Source: Eledone cirrhosa
Taxonomy: Eukaryota
NCBI GenBank assembly: GCA_964016885.1
Contig: OZ024750.1
Location: 29,574,001 to 29,638,000, forward strand
Direction of reading: 5' to 3'
DNA length: 64,000 nucleotides
Positions 1-14,175 of the stretch are shown one piece after another (positions within the stretch are counted from its first letter, which is position 1; each line of letters opens with the position of its first letter). A program made the translations under genes and the position numbers. Under the pieces are notes generated by a model. That model did no database searches. It was not told the origin of the DNA and saw only the letters and a program-made list of their open reading frames with translations.

Positions 1-155
1 TTACTTATTACACTATACCTACTTACCCTCACTCACCCCATTAATATTACTTATTACACTATACCTACTTACACCCACCCCATTAATATTACTTATTACA
101 CTATACCTACTTACCCCCACACCATTAATATTACTTATTACACTATACCAACTTA
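1..155. repeat. ~41-bp tandem repeat (truncated by the window edge)
   Basis: ccattaatattacttattacactatacctactta recurs 3-4 times. Confidence 0.85.
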
Positions 156-879
156 TATATACTATTGTATTTTCGTGGTAAAAGCTTTACCTCACATAAT
201 ATCAAATCTATAATATTTTGATATTATTTATTTAAAAAAAAAGTAGAAACATTTATTTATTTTGAGAACAATACCTTAACATCAGTATGAGCGGCCAGTT
301 ACAGCCGGTTTGAACAGAAAGAGGTGAGAGAATTCTGGCTGGATGTGGCCGGTTTAAATGCTAAAGTGTTAAATATGGGAAGACATACGATAAAGTCGAC
401 CGAGATATAATATACAATGGCTGAATAAAAAAGTGTGTTAGTCACGGCTGAAGTACATTTGATCATAATCCTTGTGTATCCTGTTTAATGTGGGTCAAAC
501 ACAACCTTTACCCCCTGTACTGACTTATCCCCACCCCCTCCCTATCCAACACCTTTACCTGGTATCATGGTAACATACCTTTACATTTTGACTCTTTAAC
601 ACCCTGTGATAATTCAGCAAAAGATTATCTTTTGACAGGTTTATTAATTCAAATGTTTGTGGTACCTTTACTAGTAGACATCGTCCTCATCACTGGTTTA
701 ACGGCCATTTTTCTACTCTAGCATGGATTTGACAAGTTGTCCCATTGTGAGAAAAGTCAGATCAGATGACCGTGTCTTGCTTATACAGAACTATTTCTCG
801 TTTGGTTTCTACTGTTGCATGTCCTTCTTAATGCCAATCACATTTACAGTATGGACATATTATTGGAAAATGTATATTA

Positions 880-1170
880 GTCTTCTTCTTCTACTTTGCC
901 TTCTTCTTTTTTTTCTTTTCTTTTTCTTTTTTTTCTTTTCTTTTTCTTTTTTCTTTTTCTTTTTCTTTTTCTTTTACTTCTTTTTCTTCTTTTTCTCCTA
1001 TATCTCCTTATTCTTCTTTTTCTTTGCCTTTTTTTCTTTCTTTTTTTCTTTTCTTTTTCTTCTTTGCCTTTTTTTCTTTTCTTCTTCTTTGCCTTTTTTC
1101 TTTATCTTCTTTTTTCTTTTTCTTCTTTGCCTTTTTTTCTTTTCTTCTTCTTCTTTGCCTTCTTCCTCCC
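880..1170. repeat. Polypyrimidine (TTTC/TTC)n tract
   Basis: Direct inspection. Confidence 0.9.
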
Positions 1171-2314
1171 ACTTATTCCTGAGAGGGTCACGGGGGCAGC
1201 ATCCTCAAACACCCTTTCCAGTGTGTCCTGTCAGAAGCAACCATATCCAAGCAAGACTAGTCGGATTAGAGTAAAGATGTTAATTTTTTATGTGATGCAG
1301 TCATCATAATGCTGTTTATAGTAGTTTTCAAAATGTCTTTTTGCTAATACGGTTTCATACAGTACAGGACATTAAGCGTTAATCTGGACTGCAGTTATAC
1401 TGTCAGCTGTGTCAATATATTTATTGTAGTGGCTCTTTAGTTTGTCTAAACATCTGCAGTCACTATGTGTATTGTTTATTACGATAATTAGATTCGACAG
1501 ACACATACCATGCTAGCGTGGAGGATGGACGTTAAACGATGATGATGATGATGTCTTTTTTTTTTTTTTTTTTTCTTTTATACAGCAAACTTCTGAAATA
1601 ACAGAAAACCTAAGCTAAAAATACTTTTCAAGATTGTACTAAACACATTTCGTATAAACACTTCTGTAAAATTATATTATTGATTGAATTTTAACTTTTT
1701 TTTTTTTGATTTTTCAAATTTTTGTTAAAGTCTAGGTTACTACCTGTACATTCAGTAGCTAATATAATATTTAACCCTTTCATAACCATATTTCTAATGA
1801 AAAATACATTGTATTTTAATTATTGTTTTTTTTTTATGTTTTTTTTATCAATCGACAAGATCCCAGACCTCATTTGCTTAACAAGTGGGTTGGAGCACAT
1901 CCAATTGGACCGAAGAAACAATGTTTCCATTGGTCTTTCCAAATTGCTAATACTATTTGCCGATTGCAAATCCAAGCAGAAGGTGCAACGTGAAATAAAG
2001 TGTCTTGTTCAAAGACATAATGCATCGCCTAGTCTGGGAATTGAAATCACAACCTCAGGATTGCGAATCTAATTCTCTAACCATTCAGCCACAAATCTTC
2101 ACTTAATTACTGTATATACTCAAATATAAGCTGACCCCTATTTTATGTCTGAGAAACAGGCAAAAAGCTTTGTCTTTCACTCTTTCAGGGTTGATAAAAT
2201 AAAGTATTAGTAATGTACTAGGGTCGATTTAATCGATTTTCCCCTTCCCCAAAATTGTTGGCCTTCTGCCTAAATCAGAAGCCATTATTAAGATGGTGCT
2301 GTAATATAACTTAA

Positions 2315-2535
2315 CGCTTTACCATTTAAACCGGCCATATCCGGCCAGAATTCTCTCACCTCTTTCTCTTCAAACTGGCTATAACCGGCTGTTCATACTT
2401 ACGTTAAGGTATTGTTTTCAAAATAAATAATATCAAAATCTCATAGATTCAATATTATGTGAGATAATTATGTGAGGTTAAGCCTTTACCATGAAAATAT
2501 AATAGTATATATAGAGTAATGTAAATGCTAAAGGG
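2315..2535. mobile_element. piggyBac-like MITE family B
   Basis: TTAA-flanked, end ...AAATGCTAAAGGG-TTAA. Copies at ~150-368, 4750-4850, 33358-33564, 35149-35480 (SINE-interrupted) and 39170-39365. Confidence 0.7.
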
Positions 2536-4859
2536 TTAAGAAGAGGTTCTTATTTCAAATTGTGTTGAAAGGTTTTTTAAATTTAAATATGAACATTTTA
2601 AAACAAACGATTTTGTACCATAAAATCAGGGGCAATTTCAGGTGGGTTGGTATCAAAAGGGTAAACACAACCCTCTCTAAACCAGACTGAAGAATATTAC
2701 ATACTAGAGAATATTAGATTTTTTTTTTCTTCATTGCCCACTTATTCATGAGAGGGTCGTGGAGGAAGTGTCCTCAAACACTCCTTCCAGCAGGTCCTAT
2801 CAGAAGCAACCATCTCCAATTGATATGGCTGGATCCCCAAGCAAGACCAGCCAACCTCATGGATTCAGTAGTTAAATATTTGTCTTTTATTGTTAACTTT
2901 TAACATCCTGTACCACATGAAAGAATCTTTGTTAAACTATGTTCTACACACCAGCTTAATAATGAGAAAGTTAGATATATTATTAAAATCCCTTCAAATT
3001 CTTGAGTATTTTCAAAATTATTTGAAAATCATAGGCATCATCATCATCATAGTTTTTACATCCGTTTTTCTATGCCTGCATGGTTTGGATGGGTGTTTCT
3101 CAGCACAGCATCTTTCCACTTTCTATATTCCTTTGTCATCTCTGTAAGTCTCAGCAATTTGGGGCAATCTTCTACAAAACAGCTCTATGACTGCATCACA
3201 TTAAAAATTGAAGTTCCTGGTGTAATACTGACCATTTTAGTAGGAAAGATACTATAAACATTTGAATTAACAAACCTATTTTTAGTTATTATCTGCTGAA
3301 TCATTACAGGATGTTAAGAGTTAATTTGAGGGTTAGTTATTTCAGCCTCGCCAACCCGCAATTGGCCAAGTGTGGTGAGTATGGCTTCACCCTTGACATG
3401 AGCAAAACCAAACAGAAAGTAGTTGAGGTCGAGCAAGGAGGGGATTCCTTCAATAGGAGTGAGAAGGCCCTGGATTGGGTTGGATATTTCACTAAACCTC
3501 TCATTATTCTTGATTATTTTGATAACAAAACACAAAGGCAGAATAATCTTATTAGAAGTATGGTCAGAAAAGGGTGAACGGTATTCATTGTACCATTTCT
3601 CTAGTTCTTATTTTTCTGTATTCCCTTTATTTACATGATAAATACATTTTAAAAAATAAGACAAAAGAAATATCCTAGACAATGGAAAATTTGCAATAAT
3701 GATGGCTTAAATGCCCCTGAGGTTGCTATTATTTGACAGGTTTCAGCTGGTTCTTCCTCATACATTTCTTGTGAAGATTCTTTGTTATATCCTAAGCAAT
3801 AGGAGGTCAGTATGAGGTCAGTGAGTCATTATTACAACAACAGGCTCCCTCTCTCCATGTCCCCCCCCCCCCCCCCCCCATCCCGGCTCCTTTTCTCCAT
3901 GTTTCTTTACAGCTGCTTATATTTGATTAACTTTCTCATTACCATATTTCTGTTGTTTTCAAATAATTTTGAATATAATGAAGAATTGGAAGGGATTTAG
4001 TAATATAACTTGCTCATTATTAAGTTGTGTGGAACATAGCTTAACAAAGATTTTTACATAAAATTAGGATTAAAAGATTTAAATTGAAATTTATTAATAT
4101 AACTAACTTTCTCATGATTAAGTTGATGTTTGAAGCATAACTTAACAAAGGTTTTTTTTTGCATAAAATTATGTTAGAAGGTTTAAATTTAGAAGGTTTT
4201 TTTTTGCATAAAATTATGTTAGAAGGTTTAAATTTAGAAGGTTTAAAGTTAGAAGGTTTAAACTAACTTTCTCATTATTAAGTTGATGCTTGGAACATAA
4301 CTTAACAAAGGTTTTTACATAAAATTATGATGAAAAGTTTAAATTTAAATCACTGATCACATTAACACTTTCTCTACCATATTTCCAGTGAAATATACTG
4401 TCGATAATTTTCAAATAATTAAAAAAATAATCAAGAATTTAGATTGATTTAGTAATATAATTAACTTTTTCTTTATAAGATGTTGTTTGGAACATAACTT
4501 AACAAAGGTTCTTACATAGAATTATGATGGAATTTAAAACAAACCGCTTTGTATTATAAACCAGGGAGATTTCAGGTGGTTTAGTATCAAAATGATTTTG
4601 TTCTTGTTTGGATCATAACTTAACAAAGATTCTTACATAGAATTATGATGGAAGGTTTATATATAAATATGAACACTTTAAAACAAAAAGTTTAGTGGTA
4701 TAGAACTGGGGATGGCTTCTGACAGTTTGGTATCAAAATAGTTAATTAACCCTTTAGAATTTACATTACTCTATATTTACTATTATATTTTCATGGTATA
4801 AGCTTTACCTCATATAATTATCTCACACAATTTCGAATCTATGGGATTATTATTAACAG

Positions 4860-5408
4860 TATGTGCCTGTTGCTTGGATGTGAAAGACTGGGAGAGGGCA
4901 CTTGCCCTAGTTGTCATGGTGACCATGGCTTTTTGTGGGTTTCCTCCTTGTGTGACACTCGGAAATTCTCACCTATTGGTGAATTTACTTTGTTTGAATT
5001 TGTTTTTATATCTCGTTATATGACTTTTTTTACACGCTAAACCTCCCCACTTTTCTGGGTTGTTCTGAATGTACTGTCCTTAATGTTTTTCGTCATGTAA
5101 GCTCTGCGTGGCTAGGGCCTGCCCTGAACATGTGCCTGTAGTATTGAAGGAGGACAACTGGCAAAGGGCGCTCCCCTTGCGGCCAGGGTGACTGTAATTT
5201 TTGTGGTCTTTCTCCACAAGTAACCCTTTGTGTCTCCTCACCTTTGGGGAGTTTTTGTTTTTTTAAAAATGTTTATTTTTTAAATCTCTGTTATAAATTT
5301 TATTTTACACAAAAAAACCCCCAAAAAACTCACACTGTATCGTCCTGTAATGTCTTCAATGTTTCCTTAATGTGAGCCCTGTGTGGCTAATAAAGAAAGC
5401 ATTATTAT
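4860..5408 (+). mobile_element. Unclassified retroposon 3' ends (AATAAA + ATT tail), tandem copies
   Basis: Two similar segments starting tgtgcctgt. The end gccctgtgtggctaataaa resembles 7375-7415 (gcccttgtggccaataaa + (att)n). Confidence 0.45.
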
Positions 5409-5625
5409 TGGGGTGGTGGACGGGCAGAATCGGTAGAGCGTTGGACAACATGCTTCATGAGATAGAGTTACGGCTCTTTACATTCTGAGTTCAAATCCTG
5501 CCAAGGTTAGCTTTGCCTTTCATCCTTACGGGATCGATAAAATAAAGTACCAGTAACACACTGGGGTTGATTTAATCGACTTTCCCCTCCCCCAAATTGC
5601 TGGCCTTAAGCCTAAATCTGAAATT
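5409..5625 (+). mobile_element. tRNA-derived SINE (Meta-domain-like body)
   Basis: A box GGCAGAATCGG, B box GAGTTCAAATCC, body GCCTTTCATCC...GATAAAATAAAGTACCAG, (ATT)n tail. More than 10 full or partial copies in the window. Confidence 0.85.
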
Positions 5626-6376
5626 ATTATTATTAGAAGTAGTATTATTAATATTAGTATTATTAGTAGTAGTGATATAGTCATATTAGTGTGTATGGCA
5701 TTGGGAGCTTTTGACATCCTATGTTTTACACACCAATCAAAAATAAATAAATATGTTGTAATTATTATCATGTAACATAAAAAGTATATTTTATTGGGTC
5801 ATTTTCTGGATTATCTCATCAAATACTTATCTAATGTCCCTGAGAAATTTCCTTTATCACTTGCTACAAGCAATAGTATTTTGACCTTTTTGTTTAAATA
5901 AATATCTCTTAACTTTAAGTTTTTGGTGTATTAATAGCTGAAGTATTTCTAAATTATGAGATAGCGTAAAGTTAAAAATGTCACATGGTTTATAACTGTC
6001 ATGGGCAAACTGTGGCCTGCAAGCCGCATGTGGTCCGTTTGGGTTTCTGAATGGCATGCCTAATTTCAAAATTGCTTTCAATTTTTTGGTAGTGCGCCTC
6101 ACCTTAAGATGAAGCACATCCTATGTGGTCCACTGCTTGAAAAAGGTTGCCCATGCCAGGTTTATTATATGCTTTCAGACCAGTTTTACTAGATTAAAGA
6201 TTTCATTAAAATTTTTCTTAATCAATATATTTAAGGACCCCTTTGGTCACGAATGACAATGGGGTTTGTACTTAGAAAGTTCCCGTCCATGGACGAATCC
6301 CGGGCTAGGTATTTTTGTAGAAGACCAGCTGTCGTCCATCCATACCTGTCTCCTCTCTCTATGCCACCGATGTTGA

Positions 6377-6635
6377 CTAAGGGAAAAGCAAAGGCTGATA
6401 CAGCTTGGCACCAGTGATGTGACAACACACACATATATATATATATTATATATACACTATAATATACACCATATATGATGTTGTCCTAGGGAAAAGCAAA
6501 GGCTGATACAGCTTGGCACCAGTGATGTGACAACACACACATATATATATATATTATATATACACTATAATATACACCATATATGATGTTGTCCTAGGGA
6601 AAAGCAAAGGCTGATACAGCTTGGCACCAGTGACA
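6377..6635. repeat. ~109-bp tandem duplication (about 2.4 copies)
   Basis: gggaaaagcaaaggctgatacagcttggcaccagtga occurs 3 times. Confidence 0.85.
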
Positions 6636-7509
6636 TTGCAACTCATTTCTACAGCTGAGTGAACTGGAGCAATGTGAACAACACATTGTCCAGTCCTAGA
6701 ATCGATCTCACAACCTCATGACTGTGAAACCAACTCTCTACCCACTAAGCCACACACCTTCACATATAAATATATTTACACTTTAACAAATAAGTTTCTC
6801 TTCTATCATAGAATCTTTCTTACTGTCTTTATGTCAGCTAGGTAAATCAACTTTACTGAACTTTAATATATATTACTTGTAGGTGTCTTTGTGTTGATGT
6901 TAGCCAGGTAGATTAACTTTATTCTGCTTTAATCAGAAGCGTAACTAGGGTATGGCAAGGGCGTCACATGATGAAGGTAACATTGTTACCTCAAGTATAC
7001 ACCATGTTCCCTTTTCTCTCTGTATGTATGTACATATCTCTCGCTTGACACTTTCCCTCTCTATATAAAGGGAGCTTGATGGACAGACAAACAGACCTCT
7101 TATCATAATATAGATTAATATAATAAGAAGTCTGATCATGCACCTGTAGGCTGGTGAAATTGAGGAGGAGAGGGGTGCCCTTCGCAGGTGCCCTCGAAGT
7201 GCCGGGGGGTTCAGGATTGGTGGGGTACCTAAATCAACCCTGGGTGGATATCCCCCCTATTTGAAAATTTTCATTGTTGTATTTTTCTTGTTTTTTGTTA
7301 TTGTTTTCCTATTTTTTACTCAAATTTTGTGTAAAAACCCCACTGTCTCCGTCTATTGTATTGTCCCCTATATGTCGGCCCTTGTGGCCAATAAATTAAA
7401 CCATTATTATTATTATTATTTTACATTGCCTTGCCCTACTGGCATGGATTGGCCAGTTCCTCATGGTCCCAAGTCAATGAGGACTTGTCCAGCTAATACC
7501 AATCAATAA

Positions 7510-7685
7510 TTGTTTCTACTTTAGGCACAAGGCCAGCAATTACCCAGTGCATTACTGGTACTTTATTTTATCGACCCCGTAAGGATGAAAGGCAAAGTCA
7601 ACCTCGGCGGGATTTGAACTCAGATCGTAAAGGGACGTAACTATGCTGGAAAGCATGGCGTCCGACTCTCTACCGATACTGCCAA
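7510..7685 (-). mobile_element. tRNA-derived SINE (same family)
   Basis: Reverse complement of the B box and GCCTTTCATCCTTACGGGGTCGATAAAAT body. Confidence 0.8.
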
Positions 7686-7993
7686 ATAATATTGATTAGA
7701 AATAGAAGTGTTCCGAAATCTGTGTTAATAGATTCTGATCCACAATTTGCTGTGTTGTATTTGGAAGTGGTATTTAAATCATGAGTTTAATAGACCATGA
7801 ACTCTATAGTGGTGTAACTTGTTTAAGACAATGTCCAACAGCTTCAATGATAAAGGTTTGAGTTGATTAAAACAAAAAAAAAAACCCTCCCCAAAAAAAC
7901 CATTGCATGTGAATTTATGACCATTTTCTTTTAACATGGTCAAAGGGGAAATTTTCTGAACAATGTATTTCAATAGAGGGAAACACTAACTTT

Positions 7994-8290
7994 ATCATCA
8001 TCATCATGGTTTTTAACTCTGTTTTCCCATGCTCACATAGGTTAGATGAGTCCTCTCTAGTATCATATTTCTTCACGTTTCTTTCCCATGTCAACTCTTT
8101 TGTGAAGTTCAGTTTGTTGAGACCAGCTTTCACCACATCTACCCACATCTTTTTTCCTCTTCCCTGGTTTCATTCCATTTGAAACTCCTGCCTCTTCTTC
8201 ACCAAACAATCACCATCCAAACACATTACATGTCTGTACCAGTGCAACCTTCCCTCCTGCATGCTACATCTGCTTCTTCTTATGCAGTTT
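7994..8290 (-). mobile_element. Degenerate RTE LINE 3' fragment
   Basis: WVDVVKAGLNKLNFTKELTWER resembles the C-terminus of the 24097 ORF. Ends in the shared terminal motif and (GAT)n. Confidence 0.65.
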
Positions 8291-8422
8291 TTCTTTCAGC
8301 TAATCCATGTGAACAACAAGTTATACTCTGCTGATATTTGATAAAAGGGTTAATCTTTTCTTTCTTCTATCTCTGACATTTCTATTCCTTTTTCCAATTT
8401 ACAAAAGTAATTATACACTTAA

Positions 8423-9150
8423 CCCTTTTGATACCAAACCACCTGAAACTGCCCCTGGTTCTATGATACAAAATTATTTTAAAGTGTTTATATTTATCTA
8501 AAAACTTTCCATCATGATTTTATGTTACAACCTATGTTAAGTTATGTTCCAAACACCCCTAATTCTATGATACAGAACTATTTATTTTAAATTGTTTATA
8601 TTTATCTAAAAACTTTCCATCAGGATTTTATCTAAGAACCTATATTAAGTTATGTTCCAAATACACCTGGTTCTATGATACAAAATTATTTTAAAGTGTT
8701 TATATATGATTTTATGTAAGAACTTATGTTGCTATGTTCCAAACACCACTGGTTCTATGAAACAGAACTATTTATTTTAAAGTGTTTATAGTTATCTAAA
8801 AGCTTTCCATCATCATTTTATGTAAGAACCTATGTTAAGTTATGTTCCAAACACCAGCTTAATAATGAGAAAATTAGTTATATTACTAAACACCTTCAAA
8901 TTGTTGATTATTTGAAAACCATAGGCAGTGTCTTTCGTTAAAAGATAACAAAAGAGTGAAAGTATTTATATTTATCTAATAACTTTCCATCATAATTTTT
9001 ATGTAGGAACCAATGTTAAGTTCCAAACACTATCTTAATTATAAGAAACTTTGTTATATAATGAAACCCCCTTCAAATTCTTTATTATTTTCAAAATAAT
9101 TTGAAAATCCTTAGACAGTGTCTTTCATTAGAAATATGATAACAAAAGGG
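8423..9150. mobile_element. piggyBac-like MITE family A with internal tandem duplications
   Basis: TTAA-CCCTTTTG...CAAAAGGG-TTAA. Related copies at ~1775-2662, ~3930-4742 (clustered) and 34399-34652. Confidence 0.75.
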
Positions 9151-10127
9151 TTAAAGATTTCACCAGAGGCATTTATTTCTCGGGGTGTGGGATTGAATCT
9201 TTATTGGCTGTTAATGGAAGATAAAAAGAAAAAAGCCTTCTGTAAACAGATTATTATCAGCATCATTAGTCATGGAATTATGTAGGTCAGCATGAGGCCA
9301 GTTTTACTATCAGTTTGAGGCTAGACAGAGCATATTTCTCAATCCTAAAAAGATATATTTAATTAAACTTTCACCACCACCACCATCTTCATCACCTCCA
9401 CCTTCATCATTACCACCATCATCACCACCATCGCCATCACCTTCATCATCATCATCACTATCACCATCACCCACCACCATCATCATCATCATCATCACCA
9501 TCATCACTTTCATCTCCATCATCATCATCATAGCTTTTATGTCAACTTTTCCATGTTCGCATGGGTTGGATGGGGCTTTTTGGGGCAATGTTTTACAGAT
9601 GATGACCTGTTTTTAGTTGTTTAGTAAGATAAACGGGGATACACTGTACCTATTGTAAACCAGGTACACAGGGATACAGTGTACCTATTGTAAACCAGGT
9701 ACACAGGGATACAGTGTACCTATTATAAACTAGATAAACATGGCTCTATTAAATAAATTTCGTTTTTGTATTTAAGTTAATGCTAACATATTTGACTTAG
9801 GAATCGCTTTAATAAGCTCACTAGTAATAATTTGTTGACATTACTTATCACTAATTGAACTAAATATTCTATTGATAGTAGCTATGGTTATTTCTTTATG
9901 AAGTACCACCTGCCGCCTATCTCTCTTGTTTAACCTTTTTCTGTGTATTTGTTGTACTAGAAATAAAACTTATCCTCACCTTTTATGTCAACTTTTCCAT
10001 GCCAGCATGAGTTGAATGAGGATTTTTGAGGCTGTTTTCTATGATCTGATACAATACTTCTTCTGATGTCAGCCCAAAATCTATATTTTGGTATATACTA
10101 TTGATCTTTGTTGATGCATGGATTTTT

Positions 10128-10925
10128 GTACCTATTCTAAACCAGATACACACATGGATATGGTGTACCTATTCTAAACCAGATACACACAGGGCTACAG
10201 TGTACCTACTCTAAACCAGATATACACAGGCATATGGTGTACCTATTCTAAACCAGATATACACAAGGATATGGTGTACCTATTCTGAACCAGATACACA
10301 CGGGGTTATGGTGTACCTATTCTAAACCAGAAATACACAGGGCTACAGTGTACCTATTGTAAACCAGATACACACAGGGATATGGTGTACCTACTCTAAA
10401 CCAGATATACACAGGCATATGGTGTACCTACTCTAAACCAGATATACACAGGCATATGGTGTACCTATTCTAAACCAGATATACACAGGGATATGGTGTA
10501 CCTATTCTAAACCAGATATACACAGGGATATGGTGTACCTATTCTGAACCAGTTACACACAGGGCTACAGTGTACCTAATGTAAACCAGATACGCACAGG
10601 GCTACAATGTACTTATTGTAAACCAGATATACACAGGGATATAGTTTACCTACTCACACAGGGATATAGTTTACCTACTCTAAACCAGATATACACAGGG
10701 ATATGGTATACCTACTCTAAACCAGTTACACACAGGGCTACACTGTATCTATTGCAACCCAGATACACACAAGGATATGGTGTACATATTGTAAACCAGA
10801 TATACTCAGGCATATGGTGTATCTATTATAAACATACAGGTATACAGTGTACTTATTGTAAACAAGATATACACCGGAATACAGTGTACCTATTGCAAAC
10901 CAGGAATAGGTACACAGGAATACTG
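10128..10925. repeat. 37-bp minisatellite (~21 copies)
   Basis: Unit gtacctattctaaaccagatatacacagggatatggt. Same family at ~9635-9740 and ~48757-49145. Confidence 0.92.
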
Positions 10926-11445
10926 CTGGATGCATGGATTTTTGTTGGTCAAGTCATAATCAAATGTCACCATTTGTTTAAACAGTGTCAATATGAAGAC
11001 CCATGCAGAAACAGGCATTTGTGTGTGTATCATCGTATATCAATTTTCCCTACTAGCATGGATTGGATGGGTTGTCACAGACTTCTTCAGTACTGAAGCA
11101 GAATTACTGAACTCTCAGATGAGTCAGTAGTAAGTAAGCATCTTTCTTACTTATATTGCCACACTCTACTGGCTGCCTGGGCTGACCAGAGGCCAGTATC
11201 TTTGCTTACAAACGTTCCCAAGCTCTGCCAAGTTCATTTCATCATGGTACCAGCACTAGGTAGGTTGTCATCTCTTTGACACAGCAGAAGAGTCCTTCAA
11301 ACCCTTTATTTCCCAGGTTTTCTACAGTTGGATGCCCCTCCTGTCTTCATCCACTACGCAGTATGTATTACTGGGTGCATTTATTGTGTAGATCACTAAC
11401 ACTAAGGTATCATGTCTTTGACACAACTGAAGGATCCTCCCAACC

Positions 11446-11496
<51 letters not shown>

Positions 11497-11874
11497 AATG
11501 GCAGACAACAGAGGCCACGTGTTGTTCCTCTCCGACTAAAAACTTCCCCTCCTCGGAAAACCCCCAGTTGATGGATGCGAAATCCGAAATATAGGGACAT
11601 TTAAATCACTTCCAAGTTAACTCTAGCTTGTGTTATTATTTTTACACTCTTTCCTATGTTCCTCTACACCCTATACGTCTCATTCTACATTTCCTCTTAC
11701 ATCTCTCTCATCACCACCTGATTCTGTTGCCCAGTGATTTACCCATCTGCATTGTTGAGTCTTCCAAAACGACCAATTTTATTATTCCACAATGCTTCAT
11801 GCAAACTTCAACACTCTCTTATATATATATGTATATGTATGTATGTATGTATGTAAAAGGTAAACAGAAATAAC

Positions 11875-12220
11875 AACATAATCGGTACAGTATATGGAAG
11901 GGATATATTAGGTTAACGCTTGATATAGCAGGAAGAGGGTCTTAATGTTTGTTTTGGATGCTATTCCTTCATCAGAAGAAAGAATATATATATATATATA
12001 TCATGCCTCTACCACTATCCCGAGTTAGGTATTCTCACCACCACTACATCCTCTACATTATTGGAGATCACCCTTTCCCCCACCTATCACCCTGTCAAAT
12101 AACACTGCACCTATAACCTCATGCTTATCTCCCTTTTCTTCTCTTCTTCCTACCCCTGCAGAGGAGGGAGGGCTCTTCAGATGGAACAATGTTCGTATCA
12201 TGAAAATGAATGCAATAAAC
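11875..12220 (-). mobile_element. Possible Penelope-like remnant
   Basis: Minus strand CTGATGAAGGA...TCCAAAAC at 11951-11975 resembles a Penelope pLTR hammerhead-like motif. Confidence 0.3.
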
Positions 12221-12993
12221 CCTGTAAGGTAGTCAAAGATAGGAAGGGCATACCAGTGTAGAAACCATGCCTGCCAAAAGGTTGAGAGGACACTTGCGTC
12301 AATGATGCGAAAACCTCTTTAGTTTTGGTGATCTATGTGATAAATACACGTGGTACATGCTGTCAAGTGGTTGGGGATATGAAGAGCATCCAGCCATAGA
12401 AAGCTTGCCAAACAAGGAGTTGGGAGGCTCCTTCAGTTGTGTCAAAGCATGACAACCTTCTTAGAGCTGGTGCCATGATCAAATGCACTTAATAGAGCAT
12501 GGGACCATATGTAAGTATAGCGAGATACAGGCTTTTGTCCCGTCTGGGAGGTCAGCAGACCTTCTTCAATACTGAGTCAGCCTGTGAAGACCAGTTATAC
12601 ATTGGTGATGATGATGAACTCTATCATAATACAGCAACTGTAAAATGGGAAATTTAAAAATACTGTTTTTAACAGAATTATTTTATATTCATATTACAAT
12701 AATTGTATACAACCATATTATTTCATGGTTCTAGGACTAAATATAGGCCCCTGAGTAGGAGAACTTGACCCCTTGTAAGCAAATTTAGCTCAAGTTTGGA
12801 ATTTCTGTTCTACTCTTTTACAAAGACATCAAATAAGGCAGTCCTACATATGAAAATATGTGATGGTTGCACCTGGGACACTTTGATCATATGTCTGCTG
12901 GAACAGAGCTGACTTATGGCTAAACAACACCAATAACAATATTTTTTTACAGATATTAAAAAAAATCTTCCTGTTTGTTCTGTCTTTTCAGAT

Positions 12994-13176
12994 ATGGAAT
13001 TCTGTAGGCTGCTGCTTTCTGTGATTGTTAAACTATACCGATTGACGTTACTCCCTGTTTTTAACATAATCTTTCGCATTGTTAATTATGCACCGCCAGC
13101 TTCTGTGCCGCCAGTTACTAATCCGTTGCTTCTCAAAAGTGCCACCGCATTAAGTAAGATGATACGTAACAAAGAA
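12994..13176 (+). CDS. FAAH2: FAAH2-like fatty acid amide hydrolase, coding exon 1 (N-terminal hydrophobic anchor)
   Basis: ATG at 12994 gives MEFCRLLLSVIVKLY...VPPVTNPLLLKSATALSKMIRNKE, matching the FAAH2 N-terminal PxxxPLLLxSxxxLxxxIR pattern. GTAAGT donor at 13177 (phase 0). Preceded by polypyrimidine-CAG ending at 12991. Confidence 0.88.
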
Positions 13177-13271
13177 GTAAGTGATTTCGTTTAATTTAAT
13201 TTCACCAGAAAACAATTCCATGGTCACTACATGACACATTTTCCATTTGTTTGGCATCACTTATAATATTT

Positions 13272-13316
<45 letters not shown>

Positions 13317-13334
13317 GAAAATAAAGTTTTTTTA

Positions 13335-13495
13335 AAATATCTCACGTGCCAACCCTTACCTATGGTCATGAATCTTGGGTAATGACTGAAAGAATATGAT
13401 CGCGAATACAAGCGGCCAAAATGAGGTTCCTCCAAAGGGTCTTTGGAGTAACGTTACTCGATAAAGTGTGTAGATCAGAGATCAGAGAGTCACTG
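13335..13495 (+). mobile_element. RTE LINE fragment
   Basis: Translates LTYGHESWVMTERI*SRIQAAKMRFLQR. Confidence 0.65.
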
Positions 13496-13714
13496 TCGTA
13501 TTTCTGGTAAATGTCATTAAAATGTCAACAGTGAATGGTGCAGATATCAGACAATGCTTTGAGTATCTTTTTATTGGCTGACTTGACCAAGGACAGTCAG
13601 AATAGCTGCCAGTTTCATTGAAGATGTCCACAACATGTTGACCAGCAGTTGCTGACCATCTAACTGCAGTAACTATGGCTTGATATGGACATTTCAGTTT
13701 ATGAAGTTGGACAT

Positions 13715-14005
13715 TTCTTAATTACATGTCTGGTGACAAACCTTTCATTTAACCATCACAATCATGTCTGATGATAAACCTTTCTATTTAACCATCACAA
13801 TCACATATCTGATGATAAACAGTTCCATTTAACCATCGCAATCACATATCTGGTGATAAACCTTTTCATTTAACTATCACAATGACATATCTGGTGATAA
13901 ACATTTCTTTTTAACCATCACAATCACATGTCTGGTGATAAATCTTCCACTTAACCATCACAATCACATGTCTGATGATAAACCTTCCATTTAACCATCA
14001 CAACA
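13715..14005. repeat. ~41-bp minisatellite
   Basis: ttaaccatcacaatcacatgtctggtgataaaccttcca, about 7 copies. Confidence 0.9.
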
Positions 14006-14175
14006 AATCTTAAGATAACAAAATCAATTAGTTATTGTTAACCATCTTGGTGTTATCAGCGATATAAGTCGCCAATAAAGTGATCTCTTAATACATAATA
14101 CAGAGTCAAGGAAAGTAATTCATAAAAAACTTCAGCCTCCTAAAGATTAATCTGATTTAGACAGGCTACCAAATA

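Noticed and set aside
723-1309. Phe-rich membrane-protein-like ORFs
   Set aside because: Polypyrimidine simple repeat.
3740-3816. Candidate 5'UTR exon of FAAH2 (ttgacAG...GAG|GTCAGT)
   Set aside because: Splice-like signals only; indistinguishable from chance without transcript data.
5409-5510. Possible tRNA genes (A/B boxes; also 35260, 40020, 51763, 59900)
   Set aside because: These are SINE heads continuing into a shared body and tail, some with TSDs, and no clean cloverleaf is evident.
9310-9588. Acidic Gly/Asp-rich ORF
   Set aside because: Expanded (GAT/GGT)n tail of an RTE-related 3' end.
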